Origin: a virus
Reading direction: 5' to 3' (one strand)
IMG/VR virus record: IMGVR_UViG_3300044815_000115
Location: 39,320 to 103,319 of that record
Length of the DNA stretch: 64,000 nucleotides
Under the pieces are notes generated by a model, which worked only from the letters and a program-made list of their open reading frames with translations, did no database searches and was not told where the DNA came from. Shown here one piece after another: positions 56,698 through 64,000 of this stretch; position 1 is the stretch's first letter; each line of letters begins with the position of its first letter. The position numbers and the translations under genes were made by a program.

Positions 56698-57645
56698 ATG
56701 ACCCAGTCGACCGAATACCCGGACCTGAAGTGGATGCCGCCGAAAGCATTCGGCACCGGCCGCGACGGCAAGGCCGTCCGGTACATCGTCATCCACTACA
56801 CCGCAGGCGCCGAACGGAACACGTCGGCCGAGGACGGCGCGGTCTACGACCAGAACCGCACCGACGGCACGTCGACGCACTACTTCGTCGACTCCAACAG
56901 CGTCGTGCAGTGCGTGCTGACGAAGAACCGGGGTAACGCCGCACGGACCAAGGGCAACCGGTTGGGTATCCAGTACGAGCTGTGCGGCACGGTGCAGACC
57001 CGGGCGCAGTGGCTCGACGCGGCCAGCCTGCCGACGCTGAAGAACGCCGCCCGGCAGGTGGCCCGGGACTGCAAGAAGTACGGGATCCCGGTGCGGCGGC
57101 TGTCCGTCGCCGAGACCCGCCGGGCCTGGGACGAGTTCCCGGCCGGGCCGAGGGGCATCGTCGGGCACGTCGACTGTACGAACGCCTACCCGGAAGACGG
57201 CGGCGACCACACCGACCCGGGAACGCAGTTCCCATGGGATGTGTTCCTGGACCTCGTCCAGGCCGAACTCACACCGAAGGAGCCAGACGTGAACCTCACC
57301 GACAAGGTTGGCAGCAAGGCGTACCCGGCCCGCACCGTCGGCAACGTCCTCAACGACCTGGAAGGGCTACGCGACACCCTCATCGGCGATGCCACCGGCA
57401 CCAAGGCCGCAGCCGTCAAGGCGGGCTCACCGGTCGGCAAGCTCATGGCGATGCCTGCCCAGCTCGACACCATCGGCAAAGCACTGCTCGCCGCGGTCGC
57501 CGCCAGCAAAGGTGCCGACGTCGACGAAGACGCCATCGCCGCCGGTGTCCTCGCCGGGCTCACCCCCGAGAAGATCGCCGCGTGGATTCCCGAAGGCGTC
57601 GCGCAAGAGGTCGTCGACCTGCTCGCCGCCCGCCTGCAAAGCTGA
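56698..57645 (+). CDS. endolysin, N-acetylmuramoyl-L-alanine amidase (Amidase_2)
   Basis: IVIHYT, STHYFVD, IQYELCG, VGH, DHTDPG. Confidence 0.9.
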   Translation: MTQSTEYPDLKWMPPKAFGTGRDGKAVRYIVIHYTAGAERNTSAEDGAVYDQNRTDGTSTHYFVDSNSVVQCVLTKNRGNAARTKGNRLGIQYELCGTVQTRAQWLDAASLPTLKNAARQVARDCKKYGIPVRRLSVAETRRAWDEFPAGPRGIVGHVDCTNAYPEDGGDHTDPGTQFPWDVFLDLVQAELTPKEPDVNLTDKVGSKAYPARTVGNVLNDLEGLRDTLIGDATGTKAAAVKAGSPVGKLMAMPAQLDTIGKALLAAVAASKGADVDEDAIAAGVLAGLTPEKIAAWIPEGVAQEVVDLLAARLQS

Positions 57646-57686
57646 CCGGTCAACACCCGTAGTCCGCTCAACGCCGCGGGGGCGAC

Positions 57687-58010
57687 ATGAACTACCTCCT
57701 GGCCGAGGCCGCCGGCACCTCACCCGACTACGCCGCCACCATCCTGCAATGGGGTCCGGGCGGCGTCGTTCTGGCACTGCTGCTCTCCGGCCTCCTCATC
57801 ACCAAAGGCAGCCACGAGGACGTCAAAGCCGAACGGGACCGGTGGCGGGACGCCTACGAGAAGGAACGCTCCGGTCACGAACTCACCCGCGAAGCGCTCG
57901 CCGACTCGTCCAAATCGGCAGCCGCCGCAGTGGAGACGGCGAAGACGACTGCGGCGCTGCTGACACACCTGGGTCACCCGGCGGCGAGATCGGGAACAGA
58001 TGCCTCATGA
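57687..58010 (+). CDS. holin-like membrane protein
   Basis: single TM + coiled coil after endolysin. Confidence 0.6.
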   Translation: MNYLLAEAAGTSPDYAATILQWGPGGVVLALLLSGLLITKGSHEDVKAERDRWRDAYEKERSGHELTREALADSSKSAAAAVETAKTTAALLTHLGHPAARSGTDAS

Positions 58011-58246
58011 AATGGCGGCAGATGATACGAGCAATGACCCGGTTCGGCAGGCACACCACGAACGGCGGGTCCGTCGAGGCTGTCCGAGCCGCCGAACAGT
58101 CACACGCCCAGGCTGTTGACGACCGGGTTCAGGCCGCCCACACCCGGGCGGTGGCGGAACAACTGGAGGCGCAGGTGCGCCAACACAACACCGCCAACCG
58201 GTATGACTCGTTCCTGCAGCGGCTCACCCAGGAAGGACGGAACTGA
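58007..58246 (+). CDS. lysis-cluster hypothetical protein
   Basis: ATGA-coupled; helical. Confidence 0.6.
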   Translation: MKWRQMIRAMTRFGRHTTNGGSVEAVRAAEQSHAQAVDDRVQAAHTRAVAEQLEAQVRQHNTANRYDSFLQRLTQEGRN

Positions 58247-58596
58247 TGCCGGGCCAGATCATCTACCAGACGGTCGTGCTGATCCTGCTGATCGCCGGAT
58301 TCCTGCTCGGTGCGAGCTTCATCATCCAGCACCGGCCCCGGCAGTGGCGGCGGCTCGCAGCGTGGGACGCGTCAGGGTTTGTGCTGATCGCCACCGCCAT
58401 CTACGCGCGCAACATCGTGCTCGTGCTGGCCCGGTGGCCGGGCAGCGCACAGGGAGGACTAGGCAACGCCATCTTCGCGGTCGTCTCCCTGGTGGTCATC
58501 GACGCGCTGTTCCTGCTGCGGGTGGTGTCATACAGGTCGTTCGCCCAGCGCGACGCGGAACGAATCTCCGAGGGCCGCGACGATGCCATCACCTGA
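58246..58596 (+). CDS. three-TM holin-like protein
   Basis: TGATG-coupled; 3 hydrophobic helices. Confidence 0.7.
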   Translation: MPGQIIYQTVVLILLIAGFLLGASFIIQHRPRQWRRLAAWDASGFVLIATAIYARNIVLVLARWPGSAQGGLGNAIFAVVSLVVIDALFLLRVVSYRSFAQRDAERISEGRDDAIT

Positions 58597-58609
58597 CAGG
58601 GGGCCCGCC

Positions 58610-58828
58610 GTGACCGACTCCGCCGATCGCACCCTCGGCCTACCCGACCGGGCCGACTTCACCCTCCTGCACTGCGCGACTCCGATGCGGCTCCTGGGGT
58701 GGTCGACCAGGTGGCTCGGTAAGCCGGGGCAGGGATCGGAGACCACCACCTGCCGGTACTGCTGCGACGGCTGCGGGGCAACCCTCGAACTGGTACTGAA
58801 CGAGCCGGACAGGGTTGCCACCACTTAG
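58610..58828 (+). CDS. small Zn-ribbon protein
   Basis: HC..YCCDGCG. Confidence 0.5.
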   Translation: MTDSADRTLGLPDRADFTLLHCATPMRLLGWSTRWLGKPGQGSETTTCRYCCDGCGATLELVLNEPDRVATT

Positions 58829-58842
58829 GCTTGGAGGGCGAG

Positions 58843-59031
58843 ATGCGAGACTGCCCGGTCGGCACCAAGGGCATGTGCCAGCAGATGACCAGCGGCTTCA
58901 ACATCTGCGACGAAGGCGAGTGTATTGGTCAGGACGAGGCCGACCGTGTTGCCACAACTCGGCGGCGGTCTGCCGACTGGGGAAAGCCCGCCAGGCTGGC
59001 CGCGCTGCCGGATGTGACTACGACACCGTAG
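58843..59031 (+). CDS. small Cys-rich protein
   Basis: GGAGG SD. Confidence 0.45.
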   Translation: MRDCPVGTKGMCQQMTSGFNICDEGECIGQDEADRVATTRRRSADWGKPARLAALPDVTTTP

Positions 59032-59034
59032 CCC

Positions 59035-59337
59035 TCAGCCGTCCGACGTCGGCGGCAGCGGAACGGACATCGGGTCGAGTGTCGACGCGTGCCACAGTGG
59101 GCCCTCAACCTGACTGAGCCACGCCTTCCAGCGCTTCCGGAACCTCGGCTGACCGTGGGCGGACTCAAACCACAACGTCACCAGCAGCTCGTGGCGGGTC
59201 AGCTCGTAGTCGTCCTCAACCTCGGACTCGCCGTGCGCCCAGTACAGGTCGGCGAGCATCTCCGTACCGATCCCCTTCATATGGGGCTGACCAAACCGAT
59301 GCGCCGGCGACACCGACACTTGCGGGCTGGGGTTCAT
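59035..59337 (-). CDS. DUF433-like protein
   Basis: VSVSPAHRFGQPHMKGIGTEMLAD..EVEDDYELTRHE. Confidence 0.65.
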   Translation of the reverse strand: MNPSPQVSVSPAHRFGQPHMKGIGTEMLADLYWAHGESEVEDDYELTRHELLVTLWFESAHGQPRFRKRWKAWLSQVEGPLWHASTLDPMSVPLPPTSDG

Positions 59338-59400
59338 GCTCCGATCGTCTCACCCAGGCAGAGCCGGATATGGCCACCGCAACTCACGAAGGAGAACAAC

Positions 59401-59625
59401 ATGATCACCGCCAAGGTGAAGTGCTACCAGAAGACCGAGAGCGGCGTGGGCGACGCCCGGCAGGTGCAGGTCGACTTCAACGCCGACTACAACGACGGCC
59501 GCAACAAGGAGTGGTCGCTGTACACCCCGGCGCTGTCGCTGTCGATGACGCTCAAGGGCGACGTCGCCGACCGCTTCGAGATCGGCAAGGCGTACACGCT
59601 CCAGTTCGTCGGCGAGGAGGACTGA
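59401..59625 (+). CDS. small beta-rich phage protein
   Basis: AAGGAG SD; TAKVKC..NKEWS.YTP..L.M..FEIGKAY...F. Confidence 0.75.
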   Translation: MITAKVKCYQKTESGVGDARQVQVDFNADYNDGRNKEWSLYTPALSLSMTLKGDVADRFEIGKAYTLQFVGEED

Positions 59626-59638
59626 CCGCTCCCCAAGC

Positions 59639-59727
59639 GTGCCCGGCCCGACCTCGAAGTCGTTAACCAGGCGGCTGAGGGTAAGCAGCGGGGGCCTTCG
59701 CGAGTTCGACTCTCGTCGGGTACACCA
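59639..59727 (+). ncRNA. non-canonical tRNA-like RNA
   Basis: 7-bp acceptor GTGCCCG/CGGGTAC, A discriminator, encoded CCA, T-arm GCGAG-TTCGACT-CTCGT; no canonical anticodon arm. Confidence 0.7.
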
Positions 59728-59754
59728 CGTAACTCATCGACCGGTGTGAGCGGG

Positions 59755-60003
59755 CTAGAGGATCGGCCCGTCGGCCTGCGCGTTGCGTTCCAGCCGCCAC
59801 CGCTGCCAGTCGGCCACCTGCTGCGCCCGCACCTCGTCCGCGCCCGCCGCCCGCAGCAAGTCCACCACCACCGCGAACCGGTCCTCAGTTTCCGCCCGTA
59901 CCAGATACGCGCCCAGCACGTGACCCAACACCAGCGGATCCCGACTCACCGCGTGCACCACAGCGACCGCATCATCCACGGGGATCGGTCCGGCACTGGA
60001 CAT
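59755..60003 (-). CDS. hypothetical protein
   Basis: GGAG SD; helical. Confidence 0.5.
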   Translation of the reverse strand: MSSAGPIPVDDAVAVVHAVSRDPLVLGHVLGAYLVRAETEDRFAVVVDLLRAAGADEVRAQQVADWQRWRLERNAQADGPIL

Positions 60004-60056
60004 CAGCCGCTCCACCGTCCCCGACACGCGAGCATCGGCGAGGCGCTGCCCGCCGG

Positions 60057-60323
60057 TCAGCTTCGGGAGACGCACGAGGGCTCCGTGATCTCGGCCCAGC
60101 CGCCCGGGCGGATCCAACGCTCCACGGTCACGCACGCCGCCCGCTCATGCCAGGCAAGCCACGACCTGGTTCCGCTGCGCCCGGACCGCTGCACCCACCA
60201 GCCGCCCGCGAACGTGCCCATCGCGATCCGCTCGTAGGTGACGGCCGCCGGATCGCCACGGCCCCACGCCCGCAACTCGGCCACCTCGGTCTGCCCATCC
60301 AAGTCGATGCGCTGATACCCCAT
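60057..60323 (-). CDS. hypothetical Trp-rich protein
   Basis: -10 TACCGT just upstream of ATG. Confidence 0.5.
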   Translation of the reverse strand: MGYQRIDLDGQTEVAELRAWGRGDPAAVTYERIAMGTFAGGWWVQRSGRSGTRSWLAWHERAACVTVERWIRPGGWAEITEPSCVSRS

Positions 60324-60431
60324 GACCTCGGACGGTACCGCGACCCTGCGACAAATCGTGCCGCCTATAAATCTCAGCACCCAAATGCAAGCCGATCCCG
60401 GTTCGCTTTCAATCCAAGATCAGGAGCCGTC

Positions 60432-60812
60432 ATGCAGAAGTACGGAAAGGCCGTCGTCGCCGTGCTGGTTGCGGCCGTCGTCTACGCCTACCAGGCGCTG
60501 TCCGGCGACAACCACATCAACGCCACGGAGTGGGTGTCCGTCGCGATCGCCGGCGTCACCGCCCTCGGCGTGTACGTCGTGCCGCTCGCCCCCGGCGCGA
60601 AGTGGGCCAAGACCGGCGTTGCGGTCGTGCTCGCCGTGCTGCAGATCCTGACGACCGCGATCCTCGGCGGGCTCGGCACCGACGAGATCCTGCTCATGCT
60701 GATCACGGCGGCCGGTGCGGCCGGCATCTGGATCGCCCCAGCGACCACTACGGTCGGCGACCCGGTCGAGGGCCGCTCTGCGGTGTCCGTCGGCGTGGGC
60801 TCCGACAGCTAG
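60432..60812 (+). CDS. holin-like 4-TM protein with internal duplication
   Basis: AGGAG SD; two KAVVA..G..EW..A.GV.VP units. Confidence 0.75.
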   Translation: MQKYGKAVVAVLVAAVVYAYQALSGDNHINATEWVSVAIAGVTALGVYVVPLAPGAKWAKTGVAVVLAVLQILTTAILGGLGTDEILLMLITAAGAAGIWIAPATTTVGDPVEGRSAVSVGVGSDS

Positions 60813-60814
60813 CC

Positions 60815-60940
60815 GTGAAGCTCAAGCGCTGCACCCTCTGCCCCTACGCGATGTACGCGCAGCTCGTCAGGAACAGCCGCTACGACGTCTGGGTCATCTA
60901 CTACTGCGAACACTGCGACCGGGACACCACGACCAGATAG
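60815..60940 (+). CDS. 41-aa Zn-ribbon protein
   Basis: CTLC..YYCEHC. Confidence 0.45.
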   Translation: MKLKRCTLCPYAMYAQLVRNSRYDVWVIYYCEHCDRDTTTR

Positions 60941-60976
60941 GCAGATCGCCCGTCAAGCTCGCCCAGTCGACCACAC

Positions 60977-61030
60977 AGAAGACCCCGTACCCCTGAGCCA
61001 TCTCGGCTCGGCGGGTACGGGGTCTGTTTT
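60977..61030. terminator. intrinsic terminator between convergent units
   Basis: AGACCCCGTACCC...GGGTACGGGGTCT followed by GTTTT. Confidence 0.8.
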
Positions 61031-61055
61031 GCGTTTGAGGCCACCGACGGTCAGG

Positions 61056-61466
61056 TCAGTAATCGCGGGCGTCTTCCCACCGCTCTACGGCGTCCTGCGA
61101 CTGGTCGCGAACCTGCTGGTCGTCCAGCGTGTAGGCGGGGTCCAGGCCGGTGTCCGCGTCGGCACCGTTCCAGACCGCGATGCGCCACGGGCCGCCGTCG
61201 AGGAGGTTCTGGTTGGAGTAGACGTCGAGCGCGACCTGCTCGGCACTGCCGTTGTCGGTGACGGTCTCGGCCGGGTGCATGGCCTGCCAGATCGTCCCGT
61301 CCTCATTGCCCGCCTGGATCTCGACGGTGTAGGCAGTCACGGGGACGATGCGAGCGGCCGGCTTGCCGTTACGGGTGAGGATGATGTTGGCGCCCTGCTG
61401 GACGCTGGTGACGAGGTCGCCAAGCGTTTTCCGGGCCTCTTCGATTCCTATGTTTTTGCTGCTCAT
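61056..61466 (-). CDS. Phd/YefM-family DNA-binding domain fused to unknown C-terminal domain
   Basis: IGIEEARKTLGDLV..IILTRNGKPAARIVPV. Confidence 0.8.
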   Translation of the reverse strand: MSSKNIGIEEARKTLGDLVTSVQQGANIILTRNGKPAARIVPVTAYTVEIQAGNEDGTIWQAMHPAETVTDNGSAEQVALDVYSNQNLLDGGPWRIAVWNGADADTGLDPAYTLDDQQVRDQSQDAVERWEDARDY

Positions 61467-61473
61467 GTGCATA

Positions 61474-61517
61474 ACCTTAAGGTCTGTGAGGACGCTCGTC
61501 AAGGGAGACCTTAAGGT
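61474..61517 (-). promoter_or_regulatory. promoter with two ACCTTAAGGT palindromic operators
   Basis: 61474-61483 and 61508-61517; TTGACG..TAAGGT on minus strand. Confidence 0.75.
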
Positions 61518-61786
61518 TTCTCTGTTTCAGACTCAGGCCCACCGGGACCTACGTCGAGGTGCGGCCGGTTCTTCCCGCGACCCGCCCGCGCGCACCGGAT
61601 CAGCCACCGGCCGAACCGCTCCGCGTCAGCCGCGGACACCCGCACTGTCACCCCCGCCCCGTTGTACGCGTTCACCCAGATACGGCCGTCGTCGCGGACA
61701 CCACCGGTCAGCTCACCGCCGTCATGCCGGCTCCCCACCCGCAACCGGTCCGGCATCTGATCCTCGGGGGGCTCGGGCGCGCTCAT
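61511..61786 (-). CDS. hypothetical protein
   Basis: ATGA-coupled to GIY-YIG gene. Confidence 0.55.
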   Translation of the reverse strand: MSAPEPPEDQMPDRLRVGSRHDGGELTGGVRDDGRIWVNAYNGAGVTVRVSAADAERFGRWLIRCARAGRGKNRPHLDVGPGGPESETEKP

Positions 61787-62445
61787 CGCGACCACCGCCT
61801 CAACTTGCGGAACCGGCGCCGCCACAGCCGCCACGAATCCGGCCTGCGCAACACGCCCCACAGCAGCAACACCGTCGACGCGACACAAGCGCTGAGGGCG
61901 TCCGTCGACATCGGCCAATGCCCGTGACGGGCCATCGCACCCCACCCGACGGACGTCAGCAGCACCCACGCAGTCGACCACAAGCACGCCTTCACTTGCC
62001 ACGGACTCCACGTCCGCCGCACGGACACCACCGGCGACGACTGCCGTACACCGACCGACGCACGGTCGCCCGGATGCACCCAGCGTGGCTTGCCCCTCGC
62101 CGCATCCCGGGCCCTACGCTGCCGGATCGCATCCGGCGGGATGATCCGATGCGGATTCCGCTCATTGCCCTTCACGTTGTACAGCGGCATCTCGGAGCGG
62201 ATCGCCTGCGCCTCAGCCTCGAGCACCGCGCCCTTACCCGCGAACACCCGCGGATCCCGCTCCCAACGCGTCACCGTGTCGATCCACGGCTGCACATCGA
62301 CGTGCTCCATCAACCGCTCGAACGGCCGGCGCACCGTCTCCCCGACGTAGCCGAGAACCTCCTCCCCGGTTTCGGGATGCTCAACCCAGAACCGGTACAG
62401 GCGACAGTCCCGCAGGTCCGTGGTAGACGACAGGGTCGCGGTCAC
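61783..62445 (-). CDS. GIY-YIG nuclease with two C-terminal TM helices
   Basis: LYRF..GYVGET..R..EH..W..AEAQAIRSE.PLYN + hydrophobic tail. Confidence 0.75.
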   Translation of the reverse strand: MTATLSSTTDLRDCRLYRFWVEHPETGEEVLGYVGETVRRPFERLMEHVDVQPWIDTVTRWERDPRVFAGKGAVLEAEAQAIRSEMPLYNVKGNERNPHRIIPPDAIRQRRARDAARGKPRWVHPGDRASVGVRQSSPVVSVRRTWSPWQVKACLWSTAWVLLTSVGWGAMARHGHWPMSTDALSACVASTVLLLWGVLRRPDSWRLWRRRFRKLRRWSR

Positions 62446-62492
62446 CGGAGCCCGCGCTTTCCAATTCCGCAGGTGTCGGTCACTATGGGCGC

Positions 62493-62720
62493 ATGTATCA
62501 GATCAAGCTGTTGCACGCCGGCAAGGAGTACGACCCGGTCGTCAGCGAAACCCTGTCGACGCCCTTCGAGCCGCGCGAAGGTTTGATCTACCGGTTCCGC
62601 GAAAGCCGCGACACTGTCCGCGCTGTTCGGTACAAGGTCCTGCGCATCGAGATCGATCAGCAGTGGGGCGACACCGCCAACGGTGTCGCCTGGGTGTACG
62701 TCACCAAACTGACCGAATAG
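62493..62720 (+). CDS. hypothetical beta protein (antisense to its operon)
   Basis: good codon bias; CACTAT 6 nt upstream of ATG. Confidence 0.55.
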   Translation: MYQIKLLHAGKEYDPVVSETLSTPFEPREGLIYRFRESRDTVRAVRYKVLRIEIDQQWGDTANGVAWVYVTKLTE

Positions 62721-62725
62721 TTCGC

Positions 62726-64000
62726 TCACGCCGACTCCTCGACGGCCTGTTCCGCCGCGTGTTCCTCGGCTACCAGGTCCCCGAAGAGCGTCCTGGCCAG
62801 CGCCGCAGCACGAGCCTGGCCCTTCTCGGTGACCCGGTAGCCGCCCTCACGAGTCAGCAGGCCCTCGGTTTCGAACTTCGCGCCAGGCTTGGTGATCGTG
62901 GACAGTGCCGGAGCCTTACCTCCTGCAGCCGCCTTCAGCCACACCGAATGCCGGCTGATCGCCGTAGGGCCAAGGCCGGGACTCCGGTAGGCGACCGCCA
63001 GAACCACATCCTCGGCCTGCATCGCCTGACCCGCGAACGGGCCAAGAGACTCGACCGTCACCCCCGACGGGACATCGGGCAGATACGACAACAGCCGCCG
63101 CTTCCCACCCGGGCCCTGGCCGGCACGCCACAAATCCATCAGACCTTCCCGCTCGTACACCTCGACCGTCTCCGCAGGCAGAACGGGCGCGGTCAGGATC
63201 GGATTGTTGTCCCGGTCGAACAGGTGGTCGTAGATGTTGCCGTCCTCGTCCCGGCGGTGCACGTAGGCGCCACGGACCGGCACGGCAGGCGAATCCGCCT
63301 CAACCATCAGCATCATGCCGGGCAGGCGCGGCAGCTCCGACGGCATGTAGTCGCCCTTGTAGCCGGTCAGGCGCGCCTGACCGTCACCCATGCGCATCAC
63401 CTGCATGGCAATCTGGTTCAGGTTGTCACGCAGCACACTGTTGCCCGTATCGGCAAGCCCGCCGCCCTGGGTGGCGATTTCAAGCATCGTTGCGGTCGAG
63501 CGCTGCAGACGCAACAGCTTCGTCAGGCCGGCGACGAAGTCGTCATCACCGGCGTGCAGGTGGAACTCCTCGATCGTCCACCGCTGCGGTGGGCCGTCCC
63601 GCTCCGGCGTCCACAACGCTTCCACCGGCGCCGGACGTCCGTGACGGTCCCTGGATTCGAGCATCGTCAGCATCTGCTGCCGACGCTCCATCTCGGCCGT
63701 ATACGAAACCAGCATCACGTCACGGTGCTCGACAGTGCAGCCCATGGGGATGACGCCGATGAACTCGGCGAAGTCCATGAAGTTCTTGCCGTCCCACAGG
63801 CCCGGGAAAATTCCGGCGTACAGGTCGTTCAACAGCGCGATCTGCGTGACCACGGTCTTGCCGGAGCCGGTGACCCCGTATCGGCCGCCGCCGCCGGCCT
63901 GGCCCGGCACCCACAGAATCCGCTCGGCGTCATCGCCTAGCAACGTCTGGCCGGCGTGCCCGTACAGGCCACCGTCGGAGCCCTTGCGGATGCCCACGCG
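62726..64000 (-). CDS. FtsK/TraB-like DNA translocase (5' end outside window)
   Basis: Walker A GVTGSGKT, WDGK, Walker-B-like TIEEFH, ATQ, LRDN, C-terminal wHTH. Confidence 0.75.
   Translation of the reverse strand, partial: RVGIRKGSDGGLYGHAGQTLLGDDAERILWVPGQAGGGGRYGVTGSGKTVVTQIALLNDLYAGIFPGLWDGKNFMDFAEFIGVIPMGCTVEHRDVMLVSYTAEMERRQQMLTMLESRDRHGRPAPVEALWTPERDGPPQRWTIEEFHLHAGDDDFVAGLTKLLRLQRSTATMLEIATQGGGLADTGNSVLRDNLNQIAMQVMRMGDGQARLTGYKGDYMPSELPRLPGMMLMVEADSPAVPVRGAYVHRRDEDGNIYDHLFDRDNNPILTAPVLPAETVEVYEREGLMDLWRAGQGPGGKRRLLSYLPDVPSGVTVESLGPFAGQAMQAEDVVLAVAYRSPGLGPTAISRHSVWLKAAAGGKAPALSTITKPGAKFETEGLLTREGGYRVTEKGQARAAALARTLFGDLVAEEHAAEQAVEESA

Larger units (their letters stand above)
1..64000. 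mobile_element. Actinomycete temperate siphophage/prophage (both ends outside window; 61-64 kb may be part of it or an adjacent element)
   Basis: Canonical order: recombination/replication, terminase, portal, capsid, tail, tape measure, lysis; no host housekeeping operons. Confidence 0.95.

Noticed and set aside
59700-59727. tRNA 3' end as attL/attR
   Set aside because: The cognate 5' acceptor strand is present and phage-type genes continue on both sides; no duplicate was seen in the window.
59639-59727. Canonical tRNA-Thr(GGT)
   Set aside because: The loop AGGGTAAG is 8 nt without U33, and there is no U8 or canonical D-arm spacing.
61030-62726. clt locus (8-bp TraB recognition repeats)
   Set aside because: No convincing tandem 8-bp array was seen near the ATPase.
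62420-63940. 506-aa plus-strand ORF
   Set aside because: It is the antisense shadow of the FtsK/TraB-like gene.

Overview
The whole window is a high-GC temperate siphophage or prophage of an actinomycete. The host is probably Micromonosporaceae, because the phage DnaB closely resembles chromosomal DnaB of that family as I recall it. Neither end of the element, nor an integrase, is in the window. 1-28.4 kb is a rightward early/middle region of about 70 mostly small, translationally coupled ORFs: the end of a C5 DNA methyltransferase, a Sak4-like ATPase, HNH, beta-clamp-like, ASCH, VRR-NUC, LexA-type DNA-binding domain, MazG, replication initiator with internal iterons, helicase loader and DnaB. 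This region is interrupted by three antisense, apparently leaderless HTH/RHH genes with operator arrays. 28.4-56.6 kb is the late region: terminase, portal, MuF, protease/scaffold, Mu-gpT-like capsid, a putative fibre module, tail, and a tape measure with NlpC/P60. 56.7-61 kb holds the lysis and accessory genes. 61-64 kb is a leftward module with a Phd-like gene, a membrane GIY-YIG nuclease and an FtsK/TraB-like ATPase. Most notable: (i) an 89-nt non-canonical tRNA-like RNA with G3.U70/A73/CCA directly behind a small beta-rich protein; (ii) SD-equipped 'bridge' ORFs running in codon register across antisense genes; (iii) a lectin + 19x20-aa repeat protein module that looks like a ruler-templated head/neck fibre; (iv) a TraB-like transfer module abutting the lysis region. 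All family assignments come from motif recognition by eye, not from database searches.
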